A stretch of 62,212 nucleotides of DNA from Patescibacteria group bacterium (GTDB lineage: Bacteria > Patescibacteriota > Gracilibacteria > UM-FILTER-43-11), in contig JAJDCF010000007.1 in assembly GCA_029260955.1 (NCBI GenBank), forward strand, positions 1 through 62,212. Direction: 5' to 3'. The notes beneath the pieces are model-generated. The model saw only the letters and a list, made by a program, of their open reading frames with translations. It had not been told where the DNA came from and did no database searches. The position numbers and the translations under genes were made by a program. How positions within the stretch are numbered: the stretch's first letter is position 1; the number at the start of each line of letters is the position of its first letter. Positions 37,662-49,600 of the stretch are shown piece by piece.

Positions 37662-40600
37662 TTATTTGCTAAATATTACTTCTGTACTTTCACTTAACAA
37701 TATCTCGTGTGTTTCCAAGTCTGTAATGGCCGTCATAAAGCGATCTTCAGCCATAAATCCTGTCGTAAAGTCAACAAAGCCACATAACTCTCCTGGGCCC
37801 ACATAAACCCCAGGATCTTTTGCTGGGAAGTTATCGTTTAATTCAGGGCATCCATCTTCATCATCCACTCCATCAATGTCTTCCGGAATAGTTGGGCACA
37901 AGTCGGTGGCTTCACAAGCACTCGCAACTTGATCAGAGTTGGCTACAAAAATACAATTATCAATTTCAACAATTTCCACACCTTCAGCACCTTCTGCACT
38001 TTCAACTGCTAGTTTGGATGGATCAAGTAAGCCACTTTCATCAAAAATACAAATTGGATTGAGGATTCCATCACTATCTATGTCATCGTCACATACATCT
38101 CGAATACCATCCTCATCTGTGTCGTTCATGTTGGGGTTATCGCTACATTCACAGAGTTCAATTGGTTCAATTGGTAGAATCGGCTCTTCTTCACAAATAT
38201 TTCCGATGGTATTGGTATCGAAGTCTACCTGATCTTCATTCGGATCAAATATGCAATTATCTAATGGTGACCCTAAAGTAAGAACTCCTTCGGCCAGTTT
38301 TTTGGGGTCGATTTCACCTGTGTCGGTAAATATACAAAGTGGGTTCAGTACGCCGTCGTTATCGATGTCCAGGTCACAGACGTCCTTCTTCCCATCACCG
38401 TCCGTGTCCAATGTCCACGGGCTGTCGTAGCATGGACAAGCCCGATCAGCATCGGGTGTAAATATATCCATGTCATGGGTCATTTCCCACCAGTCGGGCA
38501 CTCCATCGTCATCGGTATCTACAATACGACATTCACTCAGATCTTTGACTCCGGCAGCCATAAATGCGAATTCGCCGCGAGTAATTTCTACATCTGGGCC
38601 AACCACACCAAAATTTGATTGAATCAGTCCAATTTCTACCGCTGTGTAAACATAGTCCACGTACCAGGCGTATTCAGGCACATCTACAAAGGCATTCTCA
38701 GGAGCTTCCACTATCTCGATGCCTGATTGTCTCAGCAGAACGGCTGCGGCCTCTGCGCGGCTAATGTTGCGTTCTGGGCGGAAGAATCCGTCACCATAAC
38801 CGGTGATCATGCCCAGTTCTTTGGCTATCGAAATACAGTAGAAGTACCACGATGGCAAGCTGACATCAGGGAACGGATTACTGGTGTATTTTTCTTTAAC
38901 GGCGGCATTTGGAGTGGTACAGTCCACACAATTTGTTACTCCAAGGGCAATCTTTATGAATTCGGCGCGAGTTAGTTTTTGATCTGGTTTAAAGCTGCCA
39001 TCACCGTATCCACTGATCACCCGGCTCTTGTACAATTCTAATATTTGGCTGAAGAAAGGATGGCTTTCATCAACATCGGGGAATGGATTTCCCTCAACTT
39101 CACGTGGTTCTTCTATTTCGAATTGGAACCCTGGAACAGGTGTAGTGTCTATTTCGGTAGATGTTTCTGGGGTAGATTGTGCAAAGGCTGTATCTACTGG
39201 CTTCAGGAATCCAATTTGCGTATTCAAGCTGTCCATGTCGGTGGAATTATCCACCTGGAGATTGTCAAAATTCGCCTGAATAAATATGTCATAAATAGGG
39301 CTGCCACCACTCGTTACGATTTGGAATATGTATTTTCCATCCCCCGACGTTTTGTTCTTAATTCTTAATTCGTAACCAGCTTTCATCATGCGAATCGTGC
39401 CATCTTTGTCTACCAAGGCTACATTTTCCTGAGCTCCGTCTTCAAAAATTGCCACACCGCCTGGGAAGCTAGGTCCATTTACTGGAATTACAGCGGCTAC
39501 AACGTCATCACTGGCATTTGCATCACCTACAGTTACTCCACTACTTTCCACATTGCTCAAGGTGAGTGATGAGTCTTTGATGGTGACATTGTTGGTTGTG
39601 TCGGCGATGTAATAAACGTTACCTAAAAGTTCTTCAGTCTCTCTCTTTATGATTGCAATATGTGTAGGGTATTCTGTGCCACCTGGTACAGCTTTAATAT
39701 CAAAGCTAGGGTCATTCAGATTAATCAGCCCGCTGTCTGGCTCCACTTCTGCCACTACATTCCCTTCATGGTCTTTCAGAAGAATTGGACTTGGGTCTAA
39801 AAGCTCAAAGCCTTCAATGTTATATGAACCGTCTGAGGCGACGGAAAAGTAATGCTGCTCAGTGTCCAGGGCAGGGCTGGTTGCGGTTTTGTCGGTGTCT
39901 TCTGCGCGCAAAATACCGATGTTCTTCCAGGTGCCAAGTCTCTTTCTGAATACACTGAATGGAATATCAGAAAGATCATCACCTGCTGCTCGCTGAATAG
40001 GCTCCATATCGCCCGCAATAATACCTTCGCCTAACTGTTCAGGGTCTAGATTAATGGTTGGTATATAAACTATTACCGTAAAGGTTTTTTCGAAGGTTTC
40101 AAAACTGTTGTCTTCAATATTTTGTGTGGCAACTAGCTTTACTTTGAACTTCTTTTCCTCGTTCTGTCCGGCTATGTTTAACGTATTACCGACCTCTGGA
40201 GTCAGAGTGTTGGTTTCGGGATTAAGGAACCAGTAGTAATTATAATCACCTGCCAGATCTACAAAAATCTCACTGGCTCTAATCTCCTTGTCCTTGAAGA
40301 TTGGCATGTAGTATGTGTCTGTTTGGCTCACGTCGATTGGATCGGCAGAACTTGCGTATATTTGCGGTGCCAGTATTTCATTTTGGTTGTAACTTGCTAT
40401 ATTCGCATACTGGTCAAACCATGTCATTTTTATTTGGTAGTAACCATTCTCCATACTCATGTTGTACGAAGATCCTGTTAGTTGGTCGAAATAAACAGCC
40501 TTATTTTCACTGACGTTAATCAGGGCGTTACTGACGGTGGGGAATCTTACTTCACTCACACCTGTCACAATGTTTCTTGGAGAAACGCCAAATTTCTTGG

Positions 40601-43600
40601 CTGCTTCCTCCTTGTTGGTCAGGCTGGTGACCAAGGTTCCAAAGCTAATAGGCTGATCGTCAGCTGTTACTGCTGGTGTCTCCCCTTCATCATCAGCAGG
40701 GAGTAAAATAATCTTGGTGTCGGCTAATTGATTATTCTGTTTATTGCTGTCATAACCGCTAATCGTTCGTTCCAGCTCAATGCCATAACCGTAAATATCC
40801 GAATGGGCGGTTGGTTTCCAGGTAAAGGTAGATGCACCGTTTTCGGTGAATGTGGTCTGTAGCATATTCACTGCTTCCATTGGCTGTTCGCTGATGTGAA
40901 GCTGAGACGCAATCTCATCAAATTCATAGCGTTTTGGATTGCCGGTATCAGTGTTTTTATCGTCGTCAACAAGTGTTAGGTCACGTTTTAAGTAAAGTCC
41001 TGTTCCGTCACTGTAGGCCAGGTGGCCATTTGGCATAAAGAGCGTTTCTGAACTACCTATCAAGTCAATGTGTGGAATAACAGGGACTGGCTTCTTTGTA
41101 ATTGTGTCCGGTAGACAAACCGCGGCAGGGCATCCTCCACTCAAGCCTCCAGCTGGAGCTTCACCTTCTGATCCTGAAATCTGCCCTACAGTTCTTTCGA
41201 CACGCTCCTCTAATTTCATAAATGCTTTGCTGACTGGATTCTCATCGCTTTTAGCCAATGCCTTTGGTGGTAGGGCGCTGGTGAAAACTTTTATTTCATT
41301 ATTTTCTGGATTCAGTGTTGCCTCTGCTAACTCATATGGGAGTGCGCTTCTTGGTGGTTTTCCGGCAATGGCATTCAGGTCGGTTATGTGCTTTTGACCC
41401 ACTGCCTCTGCCATTAGTTGGTCACTGTGCTTTATGAGTTCTTGCTCCATTAATCTAAGCTTGTCCACTGTGGTTTTGCGCGGCAGCGGTTTGTAATCCG
41501 GTACACCAAATTTTTCTTTCAGCACCTTGTAATCCACCATCTCGTTTTCGTTTACCTCATCGATAGCCTCTGTCATTTTGGTTAGCAAAGACCGTATTTC
41601 ATGTCCTTGTGGAGTATTGAGAATTTGCTTTGCATATTCTTCTTCCGAAATCTGTGGACTTGTAACTGGTTGTGATTGAATTGGTGGCACTTGAGCAATT
41701 AGCTTATTCTCCTTTGGCAATTCAGGATTGATTGTGGCGCTAGCTTCTTTATCGTCACCAAAGTAGGCCTCTTTGTTGTTTTTACAATCTGGCCAAGCAT
41801 GTAAGCATATGCTTAGCCTTGTTAATACCGTTGGCCCAGCGACTAATGACTCATTAATCTTTTCAGCCACTAAATCAAGTATTTCTTGTAGTTCATCAGC
41901 CGGAGTACCTTCATCTATGTACTCAAATATCTTTGCCATTGGAGTTATCCAGCCAATCCAATCTGCATTTTCAGCAAACCATTTTTTTAATTTGTCTGCG
42001 GCTTCACCGCTCCACTTGTTAACGGTTTCGTTGGCACTATTTATGGCTTTGTAGTACTCCTCATAGCTCAGATCGCTTCCAATTTCATCAGCGAATGCCT
42101 GCCATTCACCTTCTTTATCTCTTAGCCATTTGTCAGCTTCTTCCAATTTCTTTCCGAGTGAGTCATCAATTGCTCCTTGCAGGGTTTGCACACATTCATC
42201 CGCTTCCCAATCGTACTCTATACATCCTTCGCTAATTGTATCCGCAATTTTTGCCATACCTTCCTCAACGTCATCGAGCAAAGCCTGAAAATCTTTTTCT
42301 ATGACTTCAATATATTCAGAGTAAGCCTTGTTCATGGCAATTGGTATTTCTGCTATCCATCCATTCCAGTCTTCAGATAGCTTTTCCAACGGTTTGGATG
42401 CTACGTTTAGCCTCAGTCCCAAATAGACTATGGTTTCTATTCTCAGTTCGTTAAAGCCAATGTCGAACAAGGCTATATCGGGCAGTTGAATTTTCAAAAG
42501 ATCCAGTGGAATCAGGTATGCCGGTCTATTAGTCAGCAAGGTAATTTGATCGTTTAACATTTGCTCGGGGACAGGTGCGAAGGATTTTTTCATGATGCAC
42601 CAAATCTCCAGAACTTTTTCGATAATTGGAATAATGGCTTCAAAAGCTTGCGCTACATCTGGCAATTTTGGTGGAACTGGCAGGGTTGGTAAATCAATGG
42701 TTGGAATTGGCGGAAGCGGTGGTAAATCAGGTAGCTCAGGTAGTCTTGGAAGAATTGGAAGTGGTGGCAGTGTTAGCAAAATGCTGATGCTTGGCAAGTC
42801 CGGTAGGGTTATGTATGGCAAAGGCGGAAGTGGAATAGGCTTTGTCCGAATATTGAGTACTGGCAGTTCAATATCTATGAGTGCGTCCATGTTCGACATA
42901 TCTAGTACTATGTCTGGTATCTTTGGGAACTGAATTATGGGAATTTCCGGCAGCACGATTCCGAGCAACATCCACCAGCCAAAATTCGCGTAACGTTCAT
43001 TTGTGCATATGTCACAGTTGGCATCAAAATTGGTGAACAAATCAAACAACTCTTCAATATTATCTATGATTGCAACGATGGTCAGAATGAGCTCTGCCCA
43101 CGAGACCATTTGTTGTTGAATGGTGGCCATCCATCCACCCATCATTTGGGCAACCACATCTAAATGACAAGCGACTTGCCTGATGTAATCAGCTAGTTGT
43201 TGTTTGAATTTAACTAGCTGTTTGGGGAATGCCAAGTATGACTGAAGTACTTCAATATTCTCTTTTACGCTGTTGATCAGTGGGTCAAGATTTAGACCAA
43301 AGGCATCTGCCAAATGCCTACCCACGCATTCTGCACTGTTTTCTGACAGGCTGCCACCGTCCACTACGTCGGGTTTATCGTCACAGGTGAGCGCTTCCCA
43401 TTTGTCTTTCACACGGGCATATTCTCGCTCGTAATAAACAACCCAGTTTTGAGCCTCCATTATCCAAGCCTGAATTTCGGCGGCGGATAACCACGGAATG
43501 TCGAATTGAATTGGCTTTTCTGTAAGTCTGACAAGTGGCAAGGTGCTGGCTACATCGTACAAGCCTTCTAGAGCGTTCAGGTTGTAGATTGATGCCTGAG

Positions 43601-46600
43601 TTTCTATAGCATCAACGTATTGAAGGACTTTGCTGCCGCTCACGTCTTGCATTCCACTCTTAATATTCTGTATCACTGTTTTACTGCTTGAAGTATTCGA
43701 TTCGTCTTTACTCTGACTGATTTTATCAATGGCATTTAGCGTTTCCGACATTGAGCCTGACATCGTATTTTTCCAACTTTCAAATTCTTTTTCAGTCTTT
43801 TGAAAGTCTGATGTGAAGAGTGATTTTACGTCTGGTAGGAAGATGCTAAACGTGGGCAAGGTCAGTAGCTTGTTCTTGATTTCCATTGTTTGTCTGTCGA
43901 ACCAACCCGAAATCACGCCGCCAATAGAGTCAAATGTTGGAATATGAGTATTTGAGAAGGCTTTGGCAGGGGGGTCGAATTTCATGGATTCTCCCAAGTT
44001 CACTGCAAGACTGATTTCTAGCCCGCCTGCACCCTGGTCGGGGCCGCCCTGTTCAATGCTACCGGGTATGTTGGGATTGTTATTAATGTCGTTGACTGTG
44101 GAATTGACTTTGTTGATTCCGGAACTGATTAAATCCATCAGCGGAATAAAGACTTCATCTCGAAGGGTGGAACATGCACCGGCAAATAGGTCATCTACTG
44201 GTAAGGCGGTTACCATGCAATTTCCCACTGGAGGTGGATACGGAATAGGCCACACAGGTGGCGGTACAGCTGGAGCTTGTGGATACGGCCCCCAACACAT
44301 TGCTATGCCTATTCCTCCTGTTAAAGTGGGTGAAAGATACAGGCGAATTGCGGACATTATTGGCCCTGGAATGCTGGCAGCACCAATGGGTGTTATGGCA
44401 TGAAACACATCGAAAAATGGCATTGGTCCAATTGGAGTTGGCAGAGTAGTGGGAAAGGCAAAAATTGGCATTGCAAAATCAGGTGGCACTAGGAATGCCC
44501 TATTGAATGGCATGGGGAAACACCCACCACCCATACACGAGAAGTCAGCAATGGCTTCTCCAATGTCATCCAGTACTTCCTCTGCACAACCGACACTGGT
44601 GATATCATCACCGAAGTTGCTAACATCCTCAAAACAGTCGTTATTGCCCGTTATTTCATCAAGGACATCCCCATAGCTGGCACCAATCTTGGGTTCTGGT
44701 GGTGGGAAATCTTTACTAAAATTCCCGCCTGAATGAGCCTTCATTTGATTCATCAAATCTCCAAAATCATTCAGTGCATCGCTTGATTCAGGTGGCTCAG
44801 GGTCATTGCTTTCGGTGGTTGCGTAGCTCCTTGGTCCAGTCGTATAGTGCAGCAGTAGCTTCCCGGTGTTGTTGTAAGGTGGGGACGCCAGAATGTCCAA
44901 ATATTCATCAATGATTGAGTTTGGATTTGGTAGATTTTCATTTGGTTCATTGATTCTTTGAAGCAGTACATCAGCTTCTGGCGTGTGCGCAACAAAAACG
45001 TCGTAACTAATTATGGTTGTTTGGCCGGCACTTAAATTAAGTCCGCTAAAGAAGGCTTTAATAGAATTCTTTTTGGCTTCCATGCTTTGGCATCCTCCTT
45101 GTAAACAAGTAACGCTGTTTTTGTCGAAAGCCAAAGAGTCTGGCACTGTGTCGGCAATGATTACATTGTTTAGATTCGCTCCCGAGTTAATTGTAATGGT
45201 GTATGTTAGGGTTTCCTCCAAATCCACATTCTCGGAATCCGGGCGATCTTTGTTGCTCACTTTTTTGCTCACGCTCAGTGAGCCGACGGACTCAATTGGA
45301 GCAAAATATGTTTCGGTTTCATCACCTTCTGGCCATGGTAGCTTGGGTACTCCTCCACTGTTTTGCGCTGCAGCGACGGGATTTTCGGCTGCTGCCTTGG
45401 TGGCATCTGTTTGCCCTTGTATGAAGGGTAGTGTTAAGAAATCGGGAACATTTCCACCAATTTCATAGCCTTCCAAAGGTGGTTTGCCACCAGGTGGTAC
45501 GACTTCATTTCCGGGTTCCTGACCAGGTTCGCTAGGTTCAGACATGCCGGTATAGCGAATATCAAGGTCGGTGTTTAAGTTGGCATCCAGCTTTAGGCTG
45601 TATCCGTAGTTGGCTATCCATTTTCCATTTTCCGGGAATTTTCCTTTTGCTGGGTCGTAGTAAAAAATATAAATATCTCCGCGACTATCCAGAATCACTA
45701 AATCTCCGTAGCCATCCTGGTCCATGTCGCCCTTCAGAATCTTGTACATCTTTTTGCCGATGTTCAGCTTGTGATCACTTCGCGTGATCACTTCTTTATC
45801 ATTGTGCAAAATCGCCAATCTGCCTGCATCTGTAGCGACCAGCAGATCTTCGTAGTTGTCTTTATCAAAGTCAAAAGATTCCAGTGCTACGCCTCCATCT
45901 ACCAAGAATGCGATGTTTCCTTTGTCCTTATAGGGCGGCTCTGTGGCACCACCTTCCAGTAGTCTCACGCGCCCATCTTCGGTAAGTAGTGCGATATCTT
46001 GATTGCCATCGTTGTTAAAATTGAAATGATTGATCGAAGCAATTTGCTTACTCTCCGCGTCTTCGTAAATCTGTTGACCGGTGGCTCTGTTGTAATTTAG
46101 GCTCGATGTGCTTTTGGTTTTTAGTTTGATTGTTGGGTCGCCCAGCAAAATGGCATTGGCCGGCATATTGAACTTAACTGCATCACCTGCATTCGTTCCG
46201 CTGGCAAAGAGTGACAAGTATTTCTGTTTATCTTCAAGGCCGTAAAATTCATTCCGAATCACCTCTGGCACCTCTGCGTTTTGAGCGAAGAAGGTTAACC
46301 CAGTTGGGTCATTCGTGCTGGTGCCACCATAGGTTGTGTTCCACTTTAGGCCAGGATTTATATCACCAAAATCTCCTGGTTCAATTGTCTCAGGATTCAG
46401 ACTTATCAGTACTCTTGCCGGAGTCACTAGGCCATTTGTTAATTTCAGTTCAATAACGTTGTATTCAGGTTGAGATTCATATTCCCACGTGAAATTACTG
46501 TCGTTAATGTAGGCGCCATTTGGTTGCAGGTTGGCAATGACTTCATTGTAAAGATTCCTTATTTGCAGTCCATTATTGTTCTTCAGAGTCACATAGTCAG

Positions 46601-49600
46601 TATCCAAAATATCCACGTACATCTTGCCAATTTCAGGTGGGGTGTTCTCGTATTTTTCAACAGCATCAAAATTCAAGGCCACTTTTTTACTGATCAAAGT
46701 CTGCATGGTTTTTTGATCGAAGGCCTGTAGCAATAGTTCATTATTTGGGAATTCCACATAAACGATTTGGCTTTGTCCCGTGGTGGTGATCAGATGATTA
46801 GGAGCAATGCTCACTGTTGTTTCTGGGGTTGGTGCACTCAAGAATGAGTAAACTGCTTCAGTTTTTCCTCCAAAAAGATGAGTGCCACCAAAGTAGTTTT
46901 CTTGGGTAAAGTCACCTGCCGGGAATCCAACAAAAGACGCAAACAAGTTTTGTGGGTAGGTTTTTTCCCAGTCGGCTGAATCCACTCTGGCTAGCAGTGG
47001 TATATCCACTTGTGCCCCTCTCAGGTCATCATGAGTGGCAATTAGTTTTATGTCGGCGGTTTCTTTTCCACCCTTAATTATTGCAGTTCCAACTCCTTTG
47101 ATCATGACGACATATGGACTGACCAAGCTTGCAAACTCCGCAGATTTTTCATCGAGTTGAACGCTTATAGTTCCGTTGAAATCTTCTCCCGGAAAACCAA
47201 AATTGTCGGCTGCAAGCACTTCCATTTCTACTTCTTTTCCAATGGGAATGTATGGTGGGGCCCTCAAGATTATTTGAGTAGCGGCAGCGCCTGTTGGATG
47301 AATCACAAATGGTTCTCCGGTAATACCAGGAGTTTTGTCTTTGCTAATCAGTGTTATAGTTTTTTTGCCTGGTGTTGGAATGAATTTGATTGTACCTTTT
47401 CCGTTCAATAGCTTTACTTGTCCGCCATTTTCAAATCCACCATCGGCTGGCTGCTCTGGACCAATTGCAAGGGTATCGTTGATATTAGTTATGTGGCTGC
47501 CGTCTGGTTTTTTTAAGGTTACCGAAATTGTGAATTCTGATCGCCCTGCTTTAATCTCTTCTGTCGCTCCCCATCCGATATCAACGCTGTCGTAAACATT
47601 AATAGTGATTTCACGATGTTTCTTATTTTCCGGCAGGCCATCCATGGTGATTTTCAGTTTGCTGGAGCCGGTTTTTTTGGCGGTGAATTTAATTTCTCTT
47701 TCGCCAGTGTAGATATAAACATCTTTGCCTTTGTTTGAGAATGTCCCCAGGCTTGGATCATCTAACACAAGTTTTATAGGCATGTCGATGTATCCGAGTA
47801 CAGGTTCACCTTTTTCGTTCAGGGCCGAGATTTTGATTAATTCCTCTTGTCCCGGAACCAAGCTTTTTCGTTTCATCTGCACATCAAAGGTAGCAGCAGT
47901 AGAGAGTATTTGATCAAAGATATCTTCTGACTCTTCTTCCTCTTCGGGTGGAAGAGGAGCTGCACTACAGCTGTTATCAAGTTTAAAAAGTTCTTCTGCT
48001 GGCAAAATTTCTTCTTCAATCCAACACTGAAGGGCCTCGAACCATTCCCAAATTTCTACACCGGCTGGGTCTCCACAAAGATAGTTACCATCTCCCTCTC
48101 CATCTCCAGTTCCATCTCCGCCATCATCATCAGCGTCGGGACCACCCGTCCCTGTCCCATCGCCATCACTCTCATCGCTGGCGGAACTAGGTGCCTGAGC
48201 TTGCATGGCTCTGTTAAGTCCAAATTGGTACCCTTGCGCATCACCGTCGGCCACAATATGCAGCACTTCGTACCCCTCTGGTTTGTTTTGTGGTGATTTT
48301 CTTGGGTTGTAAAATGGGGTTGGCATGACACTGTCTCTGTCTACATATTTGGGAATGATGTCAGCCAGTTTTTGGTCGATGCTGGCAGCTCTCCAGATGA
48401 CGGGCTCGATGATTTCGGCATTATCAACAAAGAAATCCTCAAAAAGATTGCTTTGTGCAGTTGTTTTTGTGTTGAGTTCTTGCTGTTTTTTAGCTATTTG
48501 ACTGAGCAAGTTCTTAGTTATTTCCTCTTGATTGTCCCCATCTACTCTAAAAAGATTTAGGTATTCAAAGGCTTGCTTTAGCCCATTTTTAGCAAAAGAA
48601 ATATATCTAATTCCGTCAGCAGGAATGCTTGGGGTGGTGAGTTGCGGGAATTTAACTTGTCCAGTTAGGGGGTCCATCCGTGGTTCTCCAATATGTTTGA
48701 TGGCTTTGATGGTTTCGTTCGTTGGTTCAACGTGAGCGTAAAGTGTGTCGATGTTCTTTTTTTCAGTCGTTACGCTTATATCAATTTCCACCGATGGTAT
48801 AGGTGAATAGCTAAGTTCTTGTCCGCTAGCAATCAATCTTTGTACCACAAAAGATCCCTTCGTAATTGGGTCGGCATTGGGAAAATTTCCATGTAAATCC
48901 TCATACGCCTCATCGATTACTTCGGTGAGGGTGGTGTCTAGGCTTATTGGCACTACCAGTCCTGAGGCGGCTACAGAAAAGTACTGAAGTATGTTCGGCA
49001 ATCTAAAAGTCATTTTCTGAATGTCGCATCGGCCTGCTAAATCTACCGCGTCTTCCGCTTGTGCTTCTATGGAACCGAGAATGTCGTAAATAGATCCGGC
49101 TGCCAATGTTGGCTGACACTTGTTTGGACTGCTACCAGTTTCCTCTATCGTCATACTGTTGTTAAAAACACAGCCTGCATATTTTTTGTACGTTTCTGAC
49201 TCTGCTAATTCCCATTCATCATCGTCATCCGGTGGTGTCAAAAGAGTATCCGGATTGTACATGCGGTTGGCATTGACCATCACGGAATTATTTTCTAAAA
49301 CGGATTGTCCTTCCTGCCTTTGCTGCCCAACTTTTATGCCACATTGTGGAGAAACCAAGATATCACTGGCCTTTTGACCATCAAAATAGCCGTCAAAATC
49401 AAATGTATTACTGTCTATCTCAATTCCCAAAATACTCATTTCTACTTTTAGCTTGGCTTTGGTGAATATATTTTCTTGTCTTGCTCCAAAGCTGACATTA
49501 TTCTGGATGAACTCATCAGTTTCCTTTTCCAAAATCAATTGCTTACGTTTGATCTGATATTTGCCGTATTCGTCGCGCATGGTAATAAGAGATTCGGGAG

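Noticed and set aside
42592-45468. Gly-rich and other antisense ORFs inside the giant gene (42592-42933, 43963-44403, 44449-44676, 45013-45468)
   Set aside because: They are mirror images of the Pro-rich coding strand (CCN read as GGN on the opposite strand). The 12,963-nt sense frame is uninterrupted and carries recognisable domains.
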